Assembly (NCBI GenBank): GCA_043827025.1
Contig: JBDRPL010000015.1
Location: 1 to 35,884, forward strand
Direction of reading: 5' to 3'
Source: Candidatus Micrarchaeota archaeon
Lineage (GTDB): Archaea > Micrarchaeota > Micrarchaeia > Anstonellales > Bilamarchaeaceae
Length of the DNA stretch: 35,884 bases
The notes under the pieces are model-generated. The model was not told where the DNA came from. It worked only from the letters and a program-made list of their open reading frames with translations, and made no database searches. The position numbers and the translations under genes were made by a program. Numbering within the stretch: the first letter of the stretch is position 1; each line of letters begins with the position of its first letter. Shown one piece after another: positions 8,166 to 18,048 of this stretch.

Positions 8166-11100
8166 TCATTTAGGTCCTATAATTTTACGATCATTCAACT
8201 TTGTCATAAATGCCCTACGTTTGCCTGAATCAGCGAACTTAAGGTCAAATTCTTTTCCAACAGCTCCAAAAGTCAAAGTCAATTCTGAATAAATCTCCTC
8301 GTAAGCCTCTGGATCTTTCACTTTATCTTTTATGACACCGTAATTAAGCGTTCCAAGAACAGCATCAACGATTTCTTTTTGCATTTTGAATTGGGAAGTT
8401 TGAGGTTTGGTTTTTACCTCTTTTACAGGTTGTTCAGTACGTACTGGCGTACGCGCAAGGGATTCTTTATCCTCAGACTCTTTTTCCACACTTGGCATAT
8501 ATCCTGGATACGAAGCTATGTATGCAGCAGTCTTCAAGACTGCCTCATCCGCAGAACCGGAACGTGTCTTCTCAAGCTTGTAAGTATATATAATATGAGA
8601 AAGCTTAAGGCGTGCTTCCTCGTTTGCAACAGGGCCCAGGAAAGGTGCCTTTGCCAAAGCATCCAGGCTTTCCCTAAGGCTTGCAATATCCAATCGTGAA
8701 GGCTGTTCCTCTTTCTTTGCAGCAGCCACCAGCTTATCAGTAAGGCCTCTGACTTCGCCATATAAATCCGCATCAGTTCTTTTCGGAACTGACTCAAGCT
8801 TATTCAAAAAGAATAATTTTTGTATCTCATTTTGGCCATATCCTGCAACCCTAAATAAAAGATATCTTGTCAAGAAAGGTGTAAACACATACTGCATGAC
8901 AGAATTTGTTGTAACGAACCTGTATCCTGCAACTCCAGCTACTCGCGGAAGATATACTGCAAGTTTAAGTACATCTGTCACAACCCCTAAAGCAACAAGA
9001 TGGGCATAAACTTTATTTTGAAGCTGCATGAGTTCTAGAATTTTCCCAGATGCTTCTGTAAGCTTACTTTCCGCCAACAACCCGTTGATTTCATTATTTA
9101 ATGTTCTCATTTGTCCTTTTGCAACTTGAATTTCATCAAGCACCTTGCGAGTGCTAGGGTCAAGTCTCTTATAGGCATCTCCTGCCTTTGATTTTCCCCT
9201 TTCAAGAACATCCCAAACCCATCCAAGTTTTGTGTTGCCACTGCGAAGCTCGTTTGCAAGACCCTCAGTTAAACTTACTAAGCTGGCTTCAAGAAGTGAT
9301 TTTTGTTGGTCTGGAAGGTCAGATTTCTTGAGTTGCATCTTGATCTTTTCCATTTCAGCACTTATACCCTGAGCTTTTTTAGAAAACCGACTCATGTCAA
9401 CAGCGCCTTCTGCAACTCCACCAGCAATTACTGCAGCCTCTTTCTCTACCCTCGCAGCAAGATCCAAAGCTCCTTGTGTTGAACCTGCAGCCATAAGCTT
9501 CTGTCGTGCCAAAAACATGTTTACTATCTCGTTTGGAGATAGTGCTCCTGTACGTCTAAAAGTATCATCAACAAGACCGACTAATTTTCTGACTGGAAAT
9601 GCCTTTGCATCAACTAAGAAGTTAAGTGCATACCTTAATCGACCTGCAGAATAAGCACCCTCAAGATTCTGCTTAAGCAAAGCCACCAGGTCATCAATTG
9701 CCTTGCCTGCTTGTTCAAGTATTTCTCCGCTAAGGCCTTTTTGTCTTAGTTCACCCTTGAAAGATTGGGCTATAATATCAATATCGTTGACAATTACGCC
9801 CAAAGTACCCTCAGATGCAGCTTTCTGTTTCATTAGGTGAGCTACATCATAAATTGCCCTAGTCGCTTCATTCATAACGTCAAGCGCTAGTTTTTTCTTC
9901 ATGAGTTGATCTACCATAGTTTTTGCAGCGACATCAATATCCTTGGCATTTGCAGGAAAATAAATGCCTTCAAGATTTTGCTTAAACAGAGCTGCGGACT
10001 TATCAATAGCCTTTTCTGCCTGTTCAAACAATTTTCCCTTGAGGCCTTTTCGCTTAAGTTGTTCTTTTAGAGATTGTACAGCGACATCGATGTCCTTGGC
10101 ACCTGCACGCAATGCAAAATCCTTGCTCAATGTAGCACGGCCAGCTTTGACACCTGCCTTCGCAAGCTTGCCAACCACAACCAAACCGAGTACAACATTA
10201 AGATAATCAGACTGAAATTCCTTGAGGGCAATGAGCATATTCAAAGGAGAGGGATCTTCCTTTGCTTTCCTGAACCTATCGCTATCCTTAATGAAAGTAC
10301 GCCATGCAGATTCAAATGGCACTAACAAGTCAGTGGCTTCCCATGCACCAGAAGTCAAAAGAGAAACACCATTGTGTTCCTCCCACCATGTCCTGAATGC
10401 TTCCTTGACAGCAACTCCAAAGTCACCAGTAAATAATGCGGCTACCCCATCCCACGTCATTGACAAGTAAGAAACAAATGTTTTTTGGCTGTCCCAGAGC
10501 ACCTGCAGCCTTTCGTGTTTAATGTCTTGAAGTTCCTCCAAGCGATCTTCATTTTGATCAGTGAATAATTTGAAAACACGCCTATCAATATTGCTTGGAC
10601 AATCGCTGTAATGTAATTTAAGCAAAACATCGACTTGCCTCTCAATCTCAGTTCTGCCGAGTTTTGGATATCTTTCAATCAATTCAAGAACAACTTCTTC
10701 CCTGAATTTAGCCTTTTGAGCTACAGAAAATTTTCCCTTGTCCAGAAGGTCTGTTGCTTGATAATAAATATCCCATGCTTTTTGAAAATCTTCGTTTAAC
10801 CGATAATAGAAACTAGCGCATACTTCCAGACCGCCGACAGTTTCAACGCGTCTTGCAGCTGTTTTAGGGCCAAGGCCCTTCTGAAGATGGGCTATGAAAA
10901 CGTCAACTTCATAATATTTATCCCATGCTTTTTTGAATTCTTCATTGGTGGAATAATACTTGGCAACATAGGTCTGCAGACCGCCAATCTCCTTGATGAC
11001 TGCTTCAACATCATCACGATCAGCTTTTTTGTTGAACATGCTGATAAGTCGTTTTGTGTTGTACGAGTCCCATGCCCTCTGGAAATCCGGATTTATCGGG

Positions 11101-11405
11101 TAATAAAAAGCAGCCATTCTTTCAATGCTTTTGTCAAAATCCATTGAAAATGGAATTAAAAGTCTAGGAAATTTATCTGTATTCAAAACTAACAACAATT
11201 CTCTGACATTAAAATATTTGTCCCAAGCCTCTTTGAATTTTGGGTTGGATTTGTAGATCTGGGCACAGCCTTCGAAACCATGCAAAGAATTTGATTCTAT
11301 TGCTCTTTTAAGATCTGCTCGGCTAGCACCACTATTCAAAAGGGTGATTACTGTGGAGATATCATTCGTCTTTGCCAAGCTTCCATCCAATAGTACAACG
11401 CCCAT
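8166..11405 (-). CDS. Large helical repeat protein with hydrophobic segments (1079 aa), function unknown
   Basis: Four ~50-aa repeats (N..F..AWD.Y), three ~51-aa repeats (DID...KQ), segment LNVVLGLVVVGKLAK; GGTG SD. Confidence 0.85.
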   Translation of the reverse strand: MGVVLLDGSLAKTNDISTVITLLNSGASRADLKRAIESNSLHGFEGCAQIYKSNPKFKEAWDKYFNVRELLLVLNTDKFPRLLIPFSMDFDKSIERMAAFYYPINPDFQRAWDSYNTKRLISMFNKKADRDDVEAVIKEIGGLQTYVAKYYSTNEEFKKAWDKYYEVDVFIAHLQKGLGPKTAARRVETVGGLEVCASFYYRLNEDFQKAWDIYYQATDLLDKGKFSVAQKAKFREEVVLELIERYPKLGRTEIERQVDVLLKLHYSDCPSNIDRRVFKLFTDQNEDRLEELQDIKHERLQVLWDSQKTFVSYLSMTWDGVAALFTGDFGVAVKEAFRTWWEEHNGVSLLTSGAWEATDLLVPFESAWRTFIKDSDRFRKAKEDPSPLNMLIALKEFQSDYLNVVLGLVVVGKLAKAGVKAGRATLSKDFALRAGAKDIDVAVQSLKEQLKRKGLKGKLFEQAEKAIDKSAALFKQNLEGIYFPANAKDIDVAAKTMVDQLMKKKLALDVMNEATRAIYDVAHLMKQKAASEGTLGVIVNDIDIIAQSFKGELRQKGLSGEILEQAGKAIDDLVALLKQNLEGAYSAGRLRYALNFLVDAKAFPVRKLVGLVDDTFRRTGALSPNEIVNMFLARQKLMAAGSTQGALDLAARVEKEAAVIAGGVAEGAVDMSRFSKKAQGISAEMEKIKMQLKKSDLPDQQKSLLEASLVSLTEGLANELRSGNTKLGWVWDVLERGKSKAGDAYKRLDPSTRKVLDEIQVAKGQMRTLNNEINGLLAESKLTEASGKILELMQLQNKVYAHLVALGVVTDVLKLAVYLPRVAGVAGYRFVTTNSVMQYVFTPFLTRYLLFRVAGYGQNEIQKLFFLNKLESVPKRTDADLYGEVRGLTDKLVAAAKKEEQPSRLDIASLRESLDALAKAPFLGPVANEEARLKLSHIIYTYKLEKTRSGSADEAVLKTAAYIASYPGYMPSVEKESEDKESLARTPVRTEQPVKEVKTKPQTSQFKMQKEIVDAVLGTLNYGVIKDKVKDPEAYEEIYSELTLTFGAVGKEFDLKFADSGKRRAFMTKLNDRKIIGPK

Positions 11406-11493
11406 GACTTACACCACTTTTATATCCGAACCCCAAATATAAAAACCCATCGTCAAAAACCCGAAAGGAACACTGAGGCTATTGACATGGATT

Positions 11494-14394
11494 TCATTCC
11501 TGCTGTCCGATCTTTTTCAAAGACTTGCCATTTTGATAATCCAAAGCACGGCCAAGGCCGCTTACGACCCTAGGATCTGAAATGTTGAATACAAGCACCT
11601 TGGTTTCCTTATCCTTTGGCCATGACTTTGCAGTTGCAGCAAGCTTCCCTGAAAGGTCGCCAACATCAGCATATTCGAAATAATATCCAAGCTTCTGTGA
11701 AACGCCAACAAGATTGTCTATTGATTCCCTTGTCAGGCCGGTTCGGCTTACGAGCTGTTCAAACTGCCCTGCATCAAGAGAGAGTTTCCCGTCCTTCGTA
11801 TTTCCAGCAAATTTCTGCCCTGCCAAGCTCCCTTCTGCTGCACCCTCTGCTATTTCAGCAGGCTTTTCCAAAGGAATAATTGACACTGCAGTCAGAAGAT
11901 CATGAAGCCTTGTCAAACGCTGGGTGCTTCCCTGCTCTGACTCTGCTTTGGTCATTCCAGAATACCTTTTCAAACGTCCGCCTGCCCCAAAAGGATTCAG
12001 ATCCTCATTCCTAAACGGTCGCATCTGTATTGCAAGCTTTGCCTGCATATAAGAAGGAACCTGATGAGCTTCTAACCTAGGATAAGGCGCAATGAATGCC
12101 TTAATGCTCTCAAGATTGGTTTGCAGGACTGTTTTTGCATCCTGCCCTTCATCTACATTACGAATCAGCATGTTCAGGATTTCGAACTCAAGCTCCACAA
12201 GAACTGCAACGTTCTTTGGAAGTTCAATCATTTGTTGCGCTGTCTTGGAAGGATTCGCTTTGTTGTATTCTTCTACTGATTTATTATATTCCCCTACGAA
12301 TTCCAAAAATGCCTTAACCTGCGTGGTTGATTCTAAAACTCTCTGCCTCATTCCAAGCTCTCTTCCAATAAGCTCAACATCATCGCAGCTGAAACATACC
12401 GTGCTTTCTGTTTTGGCAGCTGCTTTTCCAAAGGAATCAAGTGCAGTTTTTGCCATTTTCCTTCCTGCTGTGCGCATATCTACAAGAAGACCCTCTGCTG
12501 TTTCAAGCTCAAGCTGTACCCTTTCATTTTTAGGATCTTGCGCAAGCCTTGCTTTTATTGATTCAATATCCATTGATTCAAGGGCTTTTTTCACAGAATT
12601 AACATCAAATGTGCCATACCTGTTTGTAAAAACAGTCATGAGCAGATACGAATACAAATCTGAATCCTCCTTGACTTTGTTCCAAATTCCTTTTGAATTA
12701 TCATCAAGTCCAGCATAAAGTTTCTTGACCTTAGGCTCAGTCTCAAGGTCCTGAATCCTTCTCTGGTTTTCAGAATAGATTGCTTTATGCTCTGCAAGGA
12801 TTCCTGTAATCCCACCATTCCGTCCCCGCTGGCTAAATGGCAAATGCATTCCAAATGCAGTAACATAACTTGCAATTGCTACGGAGAAAAAAGTAAATAC
12901 AGGATTCCTTGAAACAAAATAATAAGTGCCTTCTGCCCTTCTTCTCAAGAAATTCTGTCTTCCTCTTTGAGCTGCACTTTTCATGCATTTACAATCCTTG
13001 CCTTCGATTTGTCCTGTACCTGCACAGGCAGGGTGAGGTCTTTTTGGATCTGATTTAAAATAACTGATGAACCTACCAATAGTACCAGTTGAAAAGAAAT
13101 CCTTAAGGGAATTTTTCCCTCGATAATTCTCAGCAGCCTTTTGCTCTTCATCATATTGCTCTTCTGCAATTTTGAGATGGCCTGCCTGATCTTCAAAAGG
13201 CTTTTTCACTGCTGCGAAAATCGCAAGAGGATTGGAATCCACAAACGCAAGCTGGGTTTGGGCCCTTTCTGATAAAAGCACTGATTTGAATTTGTCAAGC
13301 CTGCTCCCAACTATGCCCTGATACTCCCTTCGGTCTTCAGGATTATCAGGGAAACGGGCAACTGCATCCGTGACAACAGTATGAAGATTCTTCGGACCAT
13401 CAACAACCACAGGATCATCGAATGTGACAACAATCATTCCTTCGATTGAAGCTGCAATACATGCGACACCGAACCGAGTTAAAAGCGAATTAAGCCTCTC
13501 CATATTCTTGGGCTGATATTTAACAGTGTAAACAAGATCCTCGAATAAGGTGTCCACACCCTCTGGAAGCCTTCCGTAGACATCCATCACTTTTCTCTTA
13601 AGCTCTTCAACAGTTGAAACGCGCTCGTTCTGGAGAATTTTTGAAAGCTCCCCGAACTTTGCTTTCTTTGGCGAAGTGTCTGCCCCCTTCAACTGATCCA
13701 AAAATACTTTTGCATTTGAATCGATGAACTCTTTTAGTGATTTCGGCTCTGCAATAGGCCCAACAGTTCTTTTTCCTGTTTCATCCAAAGCTACCCAAAG
13801 CACACACAAGCCAACAAGCATCTTCACTCCCTTGTCAGCACCCTGCTCGAATATGGCTTCAAAAATATTCGAGGATTTCAACAATTCTCTATCTTCAAAT
13901 AATTTCTTGAGAACAAGCGCTTTTTCAGCAAGTGAATATGATTTTGACTCATCTAATCCCTCAATTCCAGATCTCAATGAAGCATCAACAAGATTATCCG
14001 CCTGAATCGAACCATTAAGTTTGGCTTTTCCTTCGTCTCCGATATTAGTAAGAACCTCGGCTATTGTTACACTATCAACAAAATTAACTGCAAGCCCTTT
14101 GTGCTCGTCTAATTCTTTGTATCGTGCAGTCTTCTTTGAAAAAACAGCTATTGCTCCGCTGGCGAATTTCTTTGCGCCATCTGTCACAGTATCAAATGTC
14201 CTGCTCATGAACCCTTCCATTCTAAGAACGCCAGGTCCATCACCAGTATAAGCTGCAATATTTGAGCCTGTAGGAGGCATGCCAAGCGATGCTGCGCCTG
14301 GACCGTCTGCCATCGGAGACTGTTGTGCCATTTTTTGCTGCTGCATCATAGCAGCACGTTGCATAGCTGGATCTCTTCTAATCGGTTCTGCCAT
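11494..14394 (-). CDS. Large orphan, probably membrane-anchored (~966 aa)
   Basis: Long ORF; M/Q/P/G-rich N-terminus; HPACAGTG..CKC motif; TM-like PVFTFFSVAIASYVTAFGM. Confidence 0.85.
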   Translation of the reverse strand: MAEPIRRDPAMQRAAMMQQQKMAQQSPMADGPGAASLGMPPTGSNIAAYTGDGPGVLRMEGFMSRTFDTVTDGAKKFASGAIAVFSKKTARYKELDEHKGLAVNFVDSVTIAEVLTNIGDEGKAKLNGSIQADNLVDASLRSGIEGLDESKSYSLAEKALVLKKLFEDRELLKSSNIFEAIFEQGADKGVKMLVGLCVLWVALDETGKRTVGPIAEPKSLKEFIDSNAKVFLDQLKGADTSPKKAKFGELSKILQNERVSTVEELKRKVMDVYGRLPEGVDTLFEDLVYTVKYQPKNMERLNSLLTRFGVACIAASIEGMIVVTFDDPVVVDGPKNLHTVVTDAVARFPDNPEDRREYQGIVGSRLDKFKSVLLSERAQTQLAFVDSNPLAIFAAVKKPFEDQAGHLKIAEEQYDEEQKAAENYRGKNSLKDFFSTGTIGRFISYFKSDPKRPHPACAGTGQIEGKDCKCMKSAAQRGRQNFLRRRAEGTYYFVSRNPVFTFFSVAIASYVTAFGMHLPFSQRGRNGGITGILAEHKAIYSENQRRIQDLETEPKVKKLYAGLDDNSKGIWNKVKEDSDLYSYLLMTVFTNRYGTFDVNSVKKALESMDIESIKARLAQDPKNERVQLELETAEGLLVDMRTAGRKMAKTALDSFGKAAAKTESTVCFSCDDVELIGRELGMRQRVLESTTQVKAFLEFVGEYNKSVEEYNKANPSKTAQQMIELPKNVAVLVELEFEILNMLIRNVDEGQDAKTVLQTNLESIKAFIAPYPRLEAHQVPSYMQAKLAIQMRPFRNEDLNPFGAGGRLKRYSGMTKAESEQGSTQRLTRLHDLLTAVSIIPLEKPAEIAEGAAEGSLAGQKFAGNTKDGKLSLDAGQFEQLVSRTGLTRESIDNLVGVSQKLGYYFEYADVGDLSGKLAATAKSWPKDKETKVLVFNISDPRVVSGLGRALDYQNGKSLKKIGQQE

Positions 14395-14469
14395 AAATAC
14401 CACACATTTTCATTCAATAAATAAAATAATGAAAAAGATATTGTGTGGAATGGTTTAAAAAGGTGTTCT

Positions 14470-15774
14470 TTACGCTCTGATCACAAAGCCATCGCTCTTT
14501 GCCCTTTGCAATGCCATGTAATACTTAGACATCGTAAACTGGCTCGGTGGCGGAAGGCCATCGAAATACTGCTTCAAATCCCTTTCATTTGCATTCGGCG
14601 CAAGCGAATATCCTGCGGGCATAAGTATGGAATCGATATCGAAGCCAAGTGACTCCGCATCCTTGTGCATTGGCGCTTCACCAGGATCGCTTGGATAAAC
14701 CACTCGCTTATCCACATCTTCAGTTTCGATTGGATCAATCGGTACGGTCTTTACATCAGGCGCCTCGGACTCCTTCCAATCATAGAAAAGAGATTGGTTA
14801 GTGTTGGAGTTTGCAGAGTATCTCCTCTTCATCATCTTTCGTCTAAACTTCGAATAAACTCCCCAGAAGGTATCTGACACGCTCTTGGTTATGCCCACAT
14901 TATCATCCACAGGCCTGTAGCCTTTTTCATATTCCATCAAAAGCAATGGCCCAACTTCGAGCATTTTTGCATTGTGGATATTTTTCGAGATTATTTCATT
15001 CAAATCCTGCACCATTTCCGAAGGCAGGCCTGAATTGAATTGCAAGTCCCTTATGACTGAAATCAGCGGTTCGCCGACAAGTATCTTGCTCCTGAACTTG
15101 TCGACCACCATTTGCTTGTTCGCGACTTTCAATGAAGAAAGATATTGTGAAAGAAGGTTAAGGAAATTCTCTCCGCGAAGAACAATGTGCTCAATCATCC
15201 GATCTCCTCTAAGCAAACCCTTGTTATAGAAACCCCATAATACATTTGGAGAACTCTGGTCAGATATGTTAAATATATGCTCCAGCAACCTGTCTGCCAT
15301 CTTCTCATAAGACGAGCAGAACAAAACTGTTTTTATGAAACACTCCACTTCCTCCTTGCTAAGGCCCACGTGCTGGTCAAGATCAGTGGTGCATTTTTGT
15401 ATGAGGCTTTCGGCAACCCTGATATCATAAACATCCAATATAGTCTCCTGAAGGTCTTTGGAGCCATTCACAAATTTTCTCCATTCGCTTTTAGGAACTG
15501 CCATCTCAAGCCTTAGCTTGTTTATGTAGATATTGGCAGTTATCCTTGAGGATGCTTTTGATTCGAGCCTTGAAGAGAAATCAGTTGCATGTATTGCACC
15601 GCCTGCAAGGCTGCCGATCTTCCTCAATACGATGTTGCCGGATCCGCTAAGCGCCTCTGCGCTTCCAAGGACCTCTTTTTTCAATCCGCTTAGGTATCCC
15701 TTGCCAAAAACAACTACTTCATTCATTTTCTGAGATGGCAAAACTTCTGCCGTAACAACTTCTGACTGATCCAT
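14470..15774 (-). CDS. Hypothetical helical protein (434 aa)
   Basis: Long ORF with GGGTGG SD; no recognisable motif; acidic, Pro-rich C-terminal region. Confidence 0.8.
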   Translation of the reverse strand: MDQSEVVTAEVLPSQKMNEVVVFGKGYLSGLKKEVLGSAEALSGSGNIVLRKIGSLAGGAIHATDFSSRLESKASSRITANIYINKLRLEMAVPKSEWRKFVNGSKDLQETILDVYDIRVAESLIQKCTTDLDQHVGLSKEEVECFIKTVLFCSSYEKMADRLLEHIFNISDQSSPNVLWGFYNKGLLRGDRMIEHIVLRGENFLNLLSQYLSSLKVANKQMVVDKFRSKILVGEPLISVIRDLQFNSGLPSEMVQDLNEIISKNIHNAKMLEVGPLLLMEYEKGYRPVDDNVGITKSVSDTFWGVYSKFRRKMMKRRYSANSNTNQSLFYDWKESEAPDVKTVPIDPIETEDVDKRVVYPSDPGEAPMHKDAESLGFDIDSILMPAGYSLAPNANERDLKQYFDGLPPPSQFTMSKYYMALQRAKSDGFVIRA

Positions 15775-16038
15775 ATTTCCACCCTATTAAACTTCGTTTG
15801 GTCGCACAAAATCTCTACTGTAAATTTTGAAATCCAGAGAAAATTTTGCAAGAAATAATATTCGTAATAAATTTATAAAGCTTTGTTTTAACGTCGATAA
15901 AAAAAGAAATGCGTAAGAACATACGATGTGCAAAAAAACAAAAAACATTTCAATAAATGTAAAAATCCACAGAATCACAGCATTGTTTGGTTCAAAAAAT
16001 GTAAAAATGCACATCCATAAAAACAATACTACTTTCTA

Positions 16039-17286
16039 TCAGAAATCGTCCAATGTTCTCTGCTTCTTATCAACGGAAACCTGGCCTGGCTTTGTAACTT
16101 CTTCGAAAGACAACTCACCAAAAACACCGTCGTGGCCAGGAACCCACTTTACTTCGCCCACATTGACCCGCTTTATCGCATTCGCAATCTCAGGAGAGGT
16201 AGCAAGCCTTATCTGCTCGTCGGACGCTTCATAGACAGAAAATTCATTGCCGAAATATGTGACGATCTTGGAATACTCCTCATTGACATGAACTGACAGT
16301 TCCCCTTTCTTCAATATCTTTGAAATTACAGTTTTCAGCGGCACTACGTATTTGAAAGGAACTGCATTCTCGGGCTTGAAACCATATTTCCTATCAGCAA
16401 GCTCTGCCACACGGTTCATCACCCCTATTGTCAATTTCCTCTTGCATACTGGGCAGATTCCACCGCATTTCTTCGATTCAAATGGAGACAGAACGACCTT
16501 ACAGTCTCTATGGCCATCATAATGATATTTTCCTTCTTCCGGATAGAACTCATAGGTTTTTACAAATCCTTTTCTTGTTTTTATGGCATTGATCAAGGAT
16601 GAATAGGAAACATTTTCGAGGTCAAAGACATTCGCCTCTCTCCCTAATTTATCAATAGAATGGGCGTCTGAATTCGAGATAAGGGCATACCTATCCAATG
16701 CACTTATCATCCAGTTCATAACAGGATCAGAAGATAACCCCGTCTCCAATGCAAAAATATTTTTGGACTGGTCCTGGAATGCCTCTTCGATTGAATCAAC
16801 TCCTGAATTCGAACCGAACAATGAAAAATGAGGTGTCCAGATGTGTGCAGGTATTATGAAAATCTCCTTTGAGATCTTTTGAAGCTCATATACCATTTCT
16901 GAAGGTTCGAATTTGAACATTGGCCTCCCGTCTGCTGAAAGATTCCCTCTTTTGGAAAGCATTTCATTGATCTGTTCTGCAACCTCGAGATTCGGCGCCA
17001 ATATCACAAGATGCATCTTCTTCGAAACATTCTTCACCCAATAGAAGATTGCAACTTCCACTGAGAAGATGAATTTTATTCCCTTGTAATTGTAAAGGCC
17101 ATTTTCTTCATTTTTCAGCTTTGCCTTCAGCTCTTCGAAATAAAGAGGATGGGTGAAGTCGCCTGTTGCCATGACATTTATTCCTTTTATCTTCGCACCT
17201 TCTGCAAGGCCGTCCGGCTCGCACCTTCCGCTTGTTGCCCTGGCATATTTGGAATGGACATGAAAATCAGCAATGACTTTTGTCAT
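16039..17286 (-). CDS. Endonuclease Q-family PHP-domain protein with Zn ribbon and C-terminal PIP box
   Basis: ADFHVHS, TGDFTHP, PAHIWTP, ETGLSSD, SNSDAHS, GKYHYDGHRDC...CPVC, PGHDGVFG, terminal QRTLDDF; ATG at 17286. Confidence 0.9.
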   Translation of the reverse strand: MTKVIADFHVHSKYARATSGRCEPDGLAEGAKIKGINVMATGDFTHPLYFEELKAKLKNEENGLYNYKGIKFIFSVEVAIFYWVKNVSKKMHLVILAPNLEVAEQINEMLSKRGNLSADGRPMFKFEPSEMVYELQKISKEIFIIPAHIWTPHFSLFGSNSGVDSIEEAFQDQSKNIFALETGLSSDPVMNWMISALDRYALISNSDAHSIDKLGREANVFDLENVSYSSLINAIKTRKGFVKTYEFYPEEGKYHYDGHRDCKVVLSPFESKKCGGICPVCKRKLTIGVMNRVAELADRKYGFKPENAVPFKYVVPLKTVISKILKKGELSVHVNEEYSKIVTYFGNEFSVYEASDEQIRLATSPEIANAIKRVNVGEVKWVPGHDGVFGELSFEEVTKPGQVSVDKKQRTLDDF

Positions 17287-17345
17287 AAAGTTAATAGGAA
17301 AAGAGAGTATAAAAAAGAATGCAAAATATCCAGGAGACAAAAAAA

Positions 17346-18005
17346 CTATAGGATGAGAAACTTGATGGCAAACATGAACAACAGGCCTAAAATGAATGCC
17401 AGGATATTCTCATGATCTTCCTTTACGAATTCATCCCTTATTGCAAAATAGATAAATGCGCCCGTGGCAACTGCAAGGACTGCATATATGTGAACTTCTT
17501 CCAAAAAAAGTGCAAGATAGGCTCCTATTGGATAAAACAGCGAAATACAGAAAATAAAGTAAAATGGAAGGATGTTCTTGTACTGGGAAAATGCGAGGCT
17601 TTCCGCGACAACTGCAAAGCAAAGCGGAATGAATAAAAGAAGGAAGTTGTCGGAAAATGAAAAGAATATCACTAACATGAATCCCTTGAGCAGGTTGTCC
17701 AGCATAAATCCAGTTGAATGTAATTCGTGATAGAGTTTCTTTTTTGCCCTGACCTTTTTATAGATATAAAAATCAAGTATATGGTATAAAGAAAATCCAA
17801 GTACTAGGAGCAAAGATAACAGCTTATAGTTATGAAATGCAATGCCATTTACAAAAATTTGCGGGAACAATTCCAAAAAAATAACAAAAATGAGCATACC
17901 TGAGGAAAAGCTCTTTATAGAGTATCTATATGGCAATCTACCAAGGAAAAGGTAGGAAATAAGATACAATGCTGAAAGAAAAAATGCAAATAAAACAACT
18001 TCCAT
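17346..18005 (-). CDS. ZIP-like multi-pass membrane protein
   Basis: About 7-8 hydrophobic segments; SFSSGMLIFVIFLELFP, H.TGF..DN, ATGAFIY; start 18005 because the longer ORF overlaps the tRNA. Confidence 0.65.
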   Translation of the reverse strand: MEVVLFAFFLSALYLISYLFLGRLPYRYSIKSFSSGMLIFVIFLELFPQIFVNGIAFHNYKLLSLLLVLGFSLYHILDFYIYKKVRAKKKLYHELHSTGFMLDNLLKGFMLVIFFSFSDNFLLLFIPLCFAVVAESLAFSQYKNILPFYFIFCISLFYPIGAYLALFLEEVHIYAVLAVATGAFIYFAIRDEFVKEDHENILAFILGLLFMFAIKFLIL

Positions 18006-18048
18006 ATATTGGATTCGAAAATAAAGTATAAAAAACAGATGGAAAGAA

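Noticed and set aside
15787..16234. ORFs 15787-16026 and 15926-16234
   Set aside because: AT-rich intergenic or antisense frames with no SD or motifs
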